64,000 nt of DNA, taken from NCBI RefSeq assembly GCF_004010195.1, contig NC_057756.1, positions 2,482,776 to 2,546,775 on the forward strand, given 5' to 3'. The notes below the pieces were generated by a model. It searched no databases. It had not been told where the DNA came from and saw only the letters and a program-made list of their open reading frames with translations. Positions 53,377 to 64,000 of the stretch are shown one piece after another (within the stretch, counting starts at the first letter, position 1; each line of letters starts with the position of its first letter). Source of the DNA: Chiloscyllium plagiosum. Lineage: Eukaryota. Position numbers and translations under genes: made by a program.

Positions 53377-54156
53377 TGTGAGAAGATTTGTAGCTCGGGT
53401 GCTCGTTGCTGTGGTTCTGTTCGCCGAGCTGGAAGTTTTTGTTGCAAACGTTTCGTCCCCTGTCCAGGTGACATCCTCAGTGCTTGGGAGCCTCCTGTGT
53501 AGCGCTTCTGTGGTGTTTCCTCCGGCATTTATAGTGGCCTGTCCCTGCCGCTTCCGGTTGTCAGTTTCAGTTGTCCGCTGTAGTGGCCGGTATATTGGGT
53601 CCAGGTCTATGTGTTTATTGATGGAGTTTGTGGATGAGTGCCAAGCTTCGAGGAATTCCCTCGCTGCTCTTTGTTTCGCTTGCCCTATAATGGTAGTGTT
53701 GCCCCAGTCAAATCTATGTTGCTTGTCATCTGCGTGTGTGGCTACTAGGGATAGCTGGTCGTGTCGTTTCGTGGCTAGTTGATGTTCGTGGATGCGGATC
53801 GTTAGCTGTGTTCGTGTTTGTCATTTATAGTGTTTTGTGCAGTCCTTGCATGGGATTTTGTACACTACGTTAGTTTTGCTCATGCTGGGTATCGGGTCCT
53901 TTGCTTTGGTGAGTTGTTGTCTGAGAGTGGCTGTTGGTCTGTGTGCTGTTATAAGTCCTAGTGGTTGCAGTAGTCTGGCTGTCATTTCAGAGATGTCTGA
54001 CAACCGGAAGCGGCAGGGACAGACCACTATAAATGCCGGAGGAAACACCACAGAAGCGCTTCACAGTAGGCTCCCAAGCACTTAGGATATCACCTAGACA
54101 GGGGACGAAACGTTTGCAACAAAAACTTCCAGCTCGGCGAACAGAACCACAGCAAC
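53377..54156 (-). mobile_element. 5'-truncated Penelope-like element (GIY-YIG endonuclease end) with inverted pseudo-LTRs
   Basis: Minus ORF KDPIPSMSKTNVVYKIPCKDCTKHY; about 160-bp inverted repeat 53405-53564 versus 53997-54156; near-duplicated flank ctaaaaaaaa(a)t. Confidence 0.9.
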
Positions 54157-54745
54157 TAAAAAAAATGTTGTACCACCATGCATCTTGAGATAGCATGGAA
54201 ACAAAATTGCCTTAACGGTTATCTATAAGTGATGTAACTTTAGTGGGTTGTCATTAATGTGATGGTATTGAGTTGTCAGAAATTATTCCTTGTTCGGAAA
54301 TATACATTGATTAACATTTAACGACAGCTGCCGAGATGGTGAGTTTTTTTTAATTACTCCTGTATTGATGAGCTGGAACATAAAGACAACATTAGCATGT
54401 CCTTCCATCATTGTGGATAGAATGATCGAAAATGAATGCATATTATGTTTTTACATACGTTTCAGGTCATCAAACAAAAATGTTGTTTTGGTCAATGGAA
54501 ATTGATTGGTATCTATTAAAAAATTATCAACACTTTGTCTTGCATAGTAGCAGAATTGGGAATGTCGTAAATGGTTTTGAAATATGGTCATAAATAAATC
54601 CACGTAACTGGATTGTGGAAAAAATAGATAATGTATCACAATTTGCATTTCTGTTGTGTTTGATTAGCTTGAAAATATCAAATTGATTCAGCTTTAAACT
54701 AGGCATGACAAATATGTCTAAATATTTTTTACTCTTCCTCTACAG

Positions 54746-54766
54746 AACTGATGAAGGATCAAGCTG
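54746..54766 (+). CDS. 21-nt heptad micro-exon (ELMKDQA)
   Basis: actcttcctctacAG|aactgatgaaggatcaagctg|GTatgg. Confidence 0.77.
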
Positions 54767-55186
54767 GTATGGAAAGATAAGACAAAACACATCCATTGTT
54801 ATTCGTACATAGTACCGTTGCTAACGAGCTCATTCGATCTTTTTGCACTACTTTACACGCTATCCCGCCACATAATAAGATGCAGGACTGCATTCATTCT
54901 AAAAAAAAAATCATTCTAAAATCTGAAATTGAAAGACTAAGTAAACTTGTAGTACTCAGCGATGTGTAGATTTTGATAATGTTTCTATAGTATATATAAT
55001 CAGTTGAAGGCTGTAGGATTAGCAGTTTTATTGTGTTGTACATGGATGTAATTTCAGCGGCCCGGAGACTTTCATTTATCATTTCAAGATAATCCTACAA
55101 ATTGGAAGTTTCGAAATCGAAAAATGTATGTATGAATTTTCCCATCTTTATGTGATTTGCTCCCATTTTGCTTTACTTTCAATCAG

Positions 55187-55233
55187 ATTGGAGAAAACTT
55201 GAAAAGACAGTAAAGTTGCATGGACAATCATGA
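55187..55233 (+). CDS. Candidate terminal coding exon of the heptad-exon gene (DWRKLEKTVKLHGQS*)
   Basis: Strong acceptor cattttgctttactttcaatcAG; the phase-1 reading keeps a hydrophobic residue at heptad position 2; TGA at 55231-55233. Confidence 0.45.
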
Positions 55234-57112
55234 GAAATCTATGAAAATGCTCGAGAAAATGAAAGACAATAGAAGTTCCATAAAGAGAAAGAAAGTTGTG
55301 ACCGCATTAATGTATTTCAAGGAAGCAAGAGGTTAAAGAAAGAAGATGGGATTTCAAAGGGTCCAGCATATACACTCAAGCTGACAGAACTTAATTGTTA
55401 AAGCCAAATGGAACAGAGACAATTCAATTCATCAATAATTAAATTTCTAAAGATTGGAGATTAAATTAAATATCCTCAGGGGAAACTGTGCAAAATCCAG
55501 TTAATCAATTCAATTGAAAAGGCCACAGTCATTGTTAGATGCTTCTGAAAGAAAATATCAGCTTGTCGTATTTGATATATATTCTATGTGATATAACGAT
55601 AGCAACTAACGGTTATTAGTTAGGCTTATTCCTAAATGTAGTTAGGCGACATTCCAATACAAATAATTAACTGGGAATTTTTTCAAAGACAAGGGAAAAA
55701 TTAAACAACTATCCATCGAACATATAATAACAAAACAGTTATGTTAACTTAGCATGTGTGGCCATAAGGAGAGCCTTTCTGATCTGTCTTTCCTCTCATT
55801 CCAATACTGAAGTGTTGGGAATAGCTGCAAACATTAGGCATTCACAATCTCGTTTCAATTTTGCAAAGGTGTGATGATTCTACACGAGCTACAGAAAAAT
55901 GAGGTGCATGCATATCCCTATTACTGTTTAATTGGGAGATCCGCAATATTCAGTAAGAAATGGTGTTGATGGAGCTATATTGTTTCAGTTTAGAATATAG
56001 TGTAATTAGCATGAGTGATAGTGGTGTACATGTTCTGACAGTCTAGTGTTGTCATGCCGCTGTTGTTCCTCATCTTTCAACATGCAAAAGTACTCGGATA
56101 TTGAATTTGCCTCTAAACCTAATTTGCCTGAAAGTAATGCTGTGAAAGAAAACCATGCTGACATGATGCATTTGTAGTGAATGCAGATAATGCTGTCGAT
56201 GGTGAATTGCATGTGAATCGGACAGGTTTATTTATACTGGAACATGGTAGCCAACGTCAGTATTTTTGATAAAAGCAAATTACTGCGGATTTTGGAATCT
56301 GAAACCAAAAGAGAAAGCATTGACAAAGGGTCAGGTATACTCGAAACGTCAGCTCTTTTGTGTCCTTACAGATGCTACCAAACCTGCTGACATTTTCCAT
56401 CATTTTCTCTTTTGATTTCAGTATTTTTGAAATGCGCACATCCATACAAATAAGAATGTGTAATGATACTGTGGCATTAAGATGACTATTCTTTCCTGTT
56501 GTTTCATGAATAAAGATTTTAAGACAGAGGTTAAGAATAATCGGGAAGAGCCACTGGGACCCTTTGTTACTTTTTTCATGAAGTTGGAACAACACAACCA
56601 GCCTGAAATCGGTACTACTGTTGCACAGAACCAGGATTTTAAGTTTGGGCTTTCGGTGGTTTATTTTGGCGTCTTGAAGGATGGAAATTATGCTTTCCGT
56701 TTCTTGGTACAAACAAAATCCTGGTGGTGTCTTTGTGCAACTAGATTTGCATGAGAGGCTATCCGTTTTCGGATTTTGCTTTTCACCAAATGTGTTTGTC
56801 GGATGTTACAGCACTGGGACAGCTAATTCGTCACAGTTCTTGTATTTATTATCTATTAACAGTCGAGTTAAATTATTCCTATTTCTTCTTACTTTCGTTG
56901 TATTTTAGCTGAATTAGATGAATAATTGCTTTGCTTTAAAATCTGCATTTAGAGTAATCGAATTGCAACTGCAATGTAACACTTCATGTTTACATTTAAA
57001 ACAAGACAAGAAGTTAGAATCTAGACTGTCTTGAGAAGATTTTGTGGGAGGTGGGATGATCTGGTCCACAACACTATGCACTATCATTATTCGAACACAA
57101 GCACCTCCAATC

Positions 57113-57138
57113 TGTGTGTGTTTGTGTGTGTGTGTGCG

Positions 57139-57196
<58 letters not shown>
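57113..57196. repeat. (TG)n microsatellite
   Basis: Direct tandem repeat. Confidence 0.97.
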
Positions 57197-57199
<3 letters not shown>

Positions 57200-57570
57200 C
57201 TGTGCTTTAAAATGATTAGACAGCTATTCGTCATCAAACGACAGCGTTCATAGCTTCACTTGTTAAAGTTGGACCTCAGTTCCATTTCAGTAGCATAACA
57301 ATTACACAATGATTTTTTTTTACACACAACTGGTTTGCTCTGGCGCGGTATTTTTGTGGATTGCTTCATCCTCACTTCTGGCAATTTCAAACAGAGGGCA
57401 ATCAAAAATACAGTTGTTGAAATACATTAAGCTTAACATACCATCATTCTGAACACCTGCATTCATGCCATTAAATGGGATAATTTAACTCAACTTCGTA
57501 AAATTTTATTCATTACTGTTGTGTATTCATTTGGCGAATGCAAGCTTATAGCAGATTAATATTTTCTATA

Positions 57571-57702
57571 AGGAGAAAGTGAGGTCTGCAGATGCTGGAG
57601 ATCAGAGCTGAAAATGTGTTGCTGGAAAAGTGCAGCAGGTCAGGCAGCATCCAGGGAGCAGGAGAATCAACGTTTCGGCCATAAGCCCTTCTTCAGGAAT
57701 GG
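57571..57702 (-). mobile_element. 132-bp Penelope-derived insertion with a 14-bp TSD and a hammerhead-like motif
   Basis: TAATATTTTCTATA at 57557-57570 and 57703-57716; the minus strand reads CTGAAGA-A-GGGC-TTAT-GGCC-GAAAC-GTT. Confidence 0.85.
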
Positions 57703-58689
57703 TAATATTTTCTATACTTTGCTACTGTTCCTTCAAGTTACATTCGAAAAAAACTGCGACTTGATTTAAAGAACATCGACCTCAGCTTAATTCTGGTCTT
57801 AATTTTGTCTTCATATATCAGTTTTGTGACAAAAACTAAAACGTGCTGAGGAGAGTCACGGACTATTAAGTAAATGCCATTGCACGGTTTTCTTTTTTTT
57901 TGGAATTTCACGTCTGTCCTGGCAATGATCCCAAACTCCCCTGGTACATGGTAGCAACGGTACTCGGATCAGGGATTACATTTTGCTTCGATTACTTACA
58001 TGTCTTCTGCCCACAGTTCACTCGTCTTGCTAGACCACAGGAAAGTTAATAAATCATAGGCAGATTTAAAAACAAAATTTAGACCAACAAAATAAAAATC
58101 AAGTAAATTTATTTCATGCCATGCATGCACATTTCTGGAAACTTTCTCAGTGAACCTTTGAAATCCGGCCCATTCAGAACACTCAAATGACAGTTTAGAT
58201 TATTTTATTTTTCTTGGAGTCCGACTTGTAAATATAAACTGCCAATATAAAGACAGTTTGAAAACATTTTAAAGGACTATTATGCTTATTCCTCCACAGC
58301 ACATGAAACTCGAATTTTTCAAACTATCTTAGGTTTTTTTCCCCAAGTCGAACTTCATTTTATGTGCTGTCGAAAACAAAGCATAACAATTTCCTCTACA
58401 GCTTTTCAGAAACGTACTACGTCTGGACAGAGTAGATCATGGGAATATAATAGCACATGTAGAACCATTGCTATCAATAATGCAATATATTAAATAATAT
58501 TTAAAATAATTAAATAAGCAATTATCACAAGCTGTTAGTAGAGGAGAATGCATACCTGATAGAATTTTAAATTTAGGTACACCGTTCATTTTATTTATGG
58601 AGAGGAGAACACAAATTAATGGCCAAGTGAAATCATTGTAATTAGTGACAGTGTGCATGTGAACACAGCAGGCTTAGTTGGTAATTTTG

Positions 58690-59605
58690 CAGCAGACATC
58701 GATGTTGGAGGCATAGTTGACAGCTAAGAAGGTTATCTCTGATTACAACGTGATCTTGGTCTGATGGGCCAATGGACTGAGTTGCAGATGGAGTTAAATT
58801 TCCGTAAATGTGAAGTTCTTCATTTTGGAAAAGCAAACCATAGCAGGACCTATATATACGCACTTAATGGTAAGGTTTTAGGGAGTGTTCCCGAATAAAG
58901 CAAACTTCGAGTGCAGGTTCATCGCTACTGGAAAGTAGAGTTGAAAGTAGATAGTATAGGGATAAAGGCGTTTGATAGGCTTTCCTTTATTGGTTAGAGT
59001 ACTGAGTATAGGATTTGGGAGCTCATGTTGCGGCTGTACAGGACATTCGTTCGGCCACTTTCGGAATATTGAATGCAATTCAGGTCTCCTTCCAATCGGA
59101 AGGATGCTGTGGAAATTGAAAAGGGCTCAGAAAAGATTTCCAAGAATGTTACCAGGGTTGGAGGATTTGAGCTATAGGGAAAGTCTAAATAGGCTAGGGC
59201 TGTTTTTCCTGGTGAGTCACAGGCTGAGGGGAGACCATATAGAGGTTTATCGAATCATGACGGGCATGGACAGGGTAAATAAACAATGCATTTTCCCTGG
59301 GGTGATGTAGCCCAGAACCAGAGGGCGTCGTTTAAGGAAGGGAGGGGAAAAGTGTAACAGGGATCAAAGGAGCAACGTTTTCATGCATAAAGGTGGTAAG
59401 TGTGGGGATGAGCTGCCAGGGTAAGTTATGGAGGCTGGTACAATTACAAAATTTAAAAGACGCTTGGATTATTATATGAACAGGAAAAGTGTAGTTGAAT
59501 ATGGGCCAAGTGCTGCCAAATGAGACGAAATTAGACTGGGATATCTGTTTGGCACGGACGAGTTGGATGGAAGGGTCTGTTTCTGAGCTGTATATCTCCG
59601 TGACT
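58690..59605 (+). mobile_element. CR1 3' fragment
   Basis: ORF ..QKRFPRMLPGLEDLSYRESLNRLGLF..RGDHIEVYRIM; same 3' UTR as 33330. Confidence 0.9.
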
Positions 59606-60939
59606 AACTGTATGCTGAAGAATCATTGTACTGAAATCCGTCCTTTTGAAGAGGAATAATTATGTGCCTTTGTGAATAGGTTAGAGCATAGCAGAAGAGT
59701 AGATGCACCCCTTAATAACATGCTGAAACTGAGCCACAGCCGCCAAGAAAAAAAAGGTATATGCCTGTCTGCTTATTGAGCAAACAATTAAACACAATGG
59801 GAGATGTGCGTAAAGCAGTTTGATCCACCCATTAATGCACAATCGCACAAAGACCAGTCATCCTGATGAGGATTATGTTCATGGCTGTAAGGAGAACTAA
59901 GGACGGTATGACGCATATAAAAGAACCATAATGCTAAAGATTGCAGGAAAGAAAAAAAAAATCAGTGCAGACGTGGCAAACGTTCCACCCATAAAGAAGA
60001 ACGTGAATGGTTTGCAATGGGAAAATATGATCTTTGACCAAAACATAATCTCTGGAGTTCTGGAATGGTCTCGAGTTTAGCAACAGAGCAAAGACGAAAT
60101 GTAGGTAAGTGTAATTAACTGAGTGATTTCCCACACATTTCTGATTTGAGCGGCCTCTCATGACAGCGTATCAAACACGAAGATCATAATAAAGAACAGA
60201 TGAAAATGTTTAACTGTTCCCCAAATAAACCAACAGAAAGGAATTCCTTTTTTTTTATCCCCCAATGCCAATGCATGAAGCATGAGTGTGGTATCATTGG
60301 TCAACAATCCCACGGCAATTAATTAATGAATAGCAACATTTCCTAATGTATTCTATTTCATTTATGAGTTATTCTTATGCTGTAACAGTATTGTTATCAC
60401 TTAAAGCGACTGCAAAGACGCATAATTAATTGCGGCAAATCTACTCGTGGATAACAATGCAGAAGTTTGGAATTAGAAAGCACATGCAAAATTCATTTGA
60501 TTTTTTTTTTGCCACAAACAACAAAAATGCAGGCGTTATTATATCACCATTTAACTGATACATAAAAAAAATTATCTTGCGTGTTGTACCAGTGTGTAGT
60601 TTCAGTTACGACTGCAAAACCAACTTCAGCAACAGTACGGCAACACTGATGAAAGTATTGATAGAACTAACGTTAATATGTGAAAGAAAGAAAGAGGAAG
60701 ATTCTGAGAATCTGAAGCTGTTTCCCTGACCGAAAGAAGAGCTGACCTTGAAATTTATGAAGTGCCATTCAATCTAACAAGTGATATTTGCAACACGAAA
60801 ACTGGTGCCCCCTAACGAAAATAAACGACTACGTTCTCAGAAGGTACTGTGGAAGTTTTGGCCTGAATAAATGAAAAAATAATAAACATAGATATTGCAC
60901 GATAAAGGATGAATGTTTTTGAACCAAAGTGCCATTCAG

Positions 60940-61365
60940 TTTGAAAGTATGGAAGGAGATATTTCAATAAAACTAATCCACGCCAATATGTGATGTAAAT
61001 CTATTCATTCTTATTTGATATCATTTGGTCAACCTCCCTCGAAACCCATTTATTCAAGTTACGGTCCAGATGTCTTTTGAATGTCATTCTACCAGCCTCT
61101 ATCAATACCTGTGGCAGTTGTTCCCATTTATGCACAATGCTCTGCGTGGACACATTGTCCCTCAGGTCTGTTTTAAATTTTTCTCCAAGCAATGGAAATC
61201 TATTCCCTCTATGTATGGACCTCCTTACCCTCGGAAAAAGACCTCCGCTACTGCACTTATCCATGGCCCTCATGATTTTATTTTCAGATCTCTATAAAAC
61301 CAGCCATCAGCCTCCACACTCCAGATGGAGAAATAAGAGCCTAATCATGATCTCCCTATAGTTCA
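60940..61365 (-). mobile_element. Old CR1 3' fragment
   Basis: Minus ORF ..LFPRV..HRGNRF..WEQLP..FKRHLDR. Confidence 0.8.
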
Positions 61366-62139
61366 AACAGAAAACATAGAACTGCCAATTTTCGGAATCT
61401 GACACAAAACCAAAATAAAACTGTGGAGAAATTCAACAAGACTTTCTACGTTTGGGTAGAGCAAGACATGTTTAAGATTAAGCATTCTTCACCTTGCGTT
61501 TGAGAACATATCAAGTCACCAGAATCCTAAATTCTGTGGACTCTCTTAAGAATCTGCCAGACTTCATTGTATGTCCCATCTATGCAATACACAGTTACAT
61601 AATGTGTACGTATATAAATGCAATGAAGGCAACGGTGTCAAAGTAACAACAATGTTCATTTTACGGGAGCATTCCATTTTCAATTTTCATGCATAATCAT
61701 ACAGCAGATGTCGGGAACATTCTCAGGATGCAGTGTGTGTCACAAAAAGGACCAGAGGAGAGCTTGAGCAAGTGGTTGTTGACATGTAAGGCAGTACAAT
61801 GTTAGTCTGAAGCACCTGTACAGATTCGTTAAAGTCTGATGAAAATGAATGTAAGAACTTGCATACAGTCTGATATAACGCCAATGTAGTAACTTCAGTC
61901 ATTTGATATCTACAGAAAATGAGGCATCAAGTTGATGAGATGATTAAATTCAACTTCATAGATGAATGGAAATCTGTTCATTCTCCGTTAGTTAACATGA
62001 CAGCTGGCACTTCATGCTTGATCTTCATCTGCACAGACCTGATCATGAACCGTCTCCAATGCTGAAGTCTAATGGACTTCAAAATGTCATATATCTGTTA
62101 ATAATGTTTTTAAAACGCATTGTCTGAATAATCAAAGTT

Positions 62140-62870
62140 ATAGAGTCACAGAGCAATAACGGGTACTTAAATTCAACTGCTCTATGGCAACCATGTATCC
62201 TCAGATAATTTAGTCCCATTTGCAAGCATTTGGCCCATATAATGTTAAATGCATCCAATGCATTTGGTCGCCCAGACGACACTTAAATGTTGCAATTGTA
62301 CCTGTCTCTAACACATCCTCTGGCAGGTCGCTGCACACAGACACCACACTTCGAGTCAAAAAGTTAATCCTTACTTCCTTGTAAATATTGCCCCTCTCAC
62401 ATTAAACCTACTCTCTCTAGTTTTAGAATCCCCCTTCCTATGATTAAGGCCAAGGCTACTCACTGAATCCATATCTCTCATGATATGATACATCCCTATA
62501 AGATCACCTGTCAGCATCTCATACTCCAGGGAACATAGCATTAGCCTATTCAAACACTCCAGTTCGCTCAAACCCTCCAATGCAGGGAACATCATTGCAA
62601 ATCTTTCCTGAAACATTTCCAGGTTCACAACATCCTTCCTGTAGCAAGATGACCAAACTTGAATGCAAAATTCCAAACGTGGCATTACAATGTCCTTTAC
62701 AGTCACAAATACGATGTCCTAACTCCGGATATTCAGCGCACTGACAAGTAAAGACAAGTCTCTTAAAAACTTTCTTCACTTTGCCATATAACTTGGAATC
62801 CACTTTCAAGGCATTATGAAATTGTACTCCAAGGTCTCTTTGTTTATTAACACTTAGCACGATCTTGCAA
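62140..62870 (-). mobile_element. CR1 3' fragment
   Basis: Minus ORFs KQRDLGV, PRLEFCIQVWS and GDLIGMYHIMR. Confidence 0.85.
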
Positions 62871-63099
62871 ATAAGTCCCAGTAATTCTTTGTGCTAGGTG
62901 AAGTCAGATCCACGTATCACTGCTGAAAAAAATCAAGATATCATGCACAGGCCATATTCTTACAAGATAGTGCTTACACTGAGACGCAGAGAGTGGGAAA
63001 GACGACTGTAGGGTATGAGCAAAATTGAATGTGGAGCGTATTAAAGTACGACCAACTTGAAGAAACATGTAAGGAATTTGTTGAGTTCAGGATTCGTGG

Positions 63100-64000
63100 T
63101 TTATCAAGGAAGTAAAATTTATTGACAAGCGGCAGAAGAATTCTTCTATTCGGTTGAAATGTGATGGCTCCTAGAGGGCGATTGAGAGTTACAGCTTAGC
63201 CAAGAAAGGCCGTTAGAGAGAGCTAAGAAGAGCCAGGTATGGACATGAGAAGTCATTGGATGTTAGGATCAAGGAAAGACCATATGTAGGTATATCAGGA
63301 GTAAAAAGATTGACAAGGATATCTGTGATGAGTTATGTATGGAGTCCGATTAGATAGTGGAAGTGTTAAATGAATATTTTTCGTCAGTATTCACACGCGC
63401 AAAGTATGATGTTATCGAGGAGAGTATTGAGATAGAGGATAATACAGTAGATAGGCCTGAAAGTTTAAAAATATATAAGTACCGTGGATAGGACGGTACC
63501 AGGGAAGAGATTGCTGAGGATATGTTGTTGATGTTGACTTCATCATTTTCTCCAGGAATAGTACCAGAATACTTCAGGTTAGCAAGTGTTGTTCCTTTGG
63601 AGTAGGGAGTAGAGACAAAACTGAAATTATAGACCTGTGAGCCCTTCATCGGTTGTGGGTAAAGTGTTGTAAGAGATAGGATTTATAGTCATCCAGAAAG
63701 TAGTACTTTGATTGGGGTAGTCAACACAGTTTAGTGAACGGCAGTTCGTGCCTTACAAATCACATTGAGTTCTTTGAGACGTGACGAAACAGGTGGATGT
63801 GGGTGAAGGGGTGGATGTGGTGGGTCTGGATTTCACTAAGACGTTCAATAAGGCTGCGCAAGCTTGGCTTTTGCACAAAATACAGAGCCATGAGATTGAG
63901 AGTGATTTAGCGGCTTGGATCAGAAATTGGCTAGATTAAAAATAGAGAGTGTTGGTTGATGGAAAATATCAATTCTGAAGTTCCATTCCGAGTGGTGTAC
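63100..64000 (+). mobile_element. Degraded CR1 ORF2 fragment running off the window
   Basis: Similar to 3580-4450 (ggacatgagaagtc, ggaatagtaccagaa, aattatagacctgtgag, tggatcagaaattggct). Confidence 0.85.

Overview
This is AT-rich, repeat-dense vertebrate genomic DNA. The repeat repertoire (CR1 LINEs, HE1-like tRNA-derived SINEs, Gmr1-like Gypsy LTR elements, Penelope-derived repeats) points to a cartilaginous fish; that assignment is an inference. There is one 500-N assembly gap (15551-16050). None of the ORF-track entries is an intact host gene; they are transposon relics, microsatellites or noise. The main result is a dispersed array of 21-nt, phase-1 micro-exons on the + strand, lying between the transposons. 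Ten have canonical AG/GT boundaries (1770, 2164, 12234, 12871, 13599, 36661, 46291, 48731, 53318, 54746). Spliced in order they give a stop-free peptide of one heptad per exon: ELKMTKQ-AFLQQQA-DLAKMQA-DMKKAKE-QFAKEQA-ALAKEQA-EHAMYKE-ALAKEQA-DLKKYKE-ELMKDQA. A candidate last exon (DWRKLEKTVKLHGQS*) follows, and at least six paralogous copies with broken splice sites are interspersed. This one-heptad-per-exon architecture resembles the cytoplasmic coiled-coil tails of butyrophilin and chicken BG genes. I found no Ig, transmembrane or B30.2 exon in the window, so the gene identity is inferred. Penelope-derived repeats in the introns carry minimal hammerhead-ribozyme motifs. Transposon boundaries are approximate unless a target-site duplication (TSD) is quoted.
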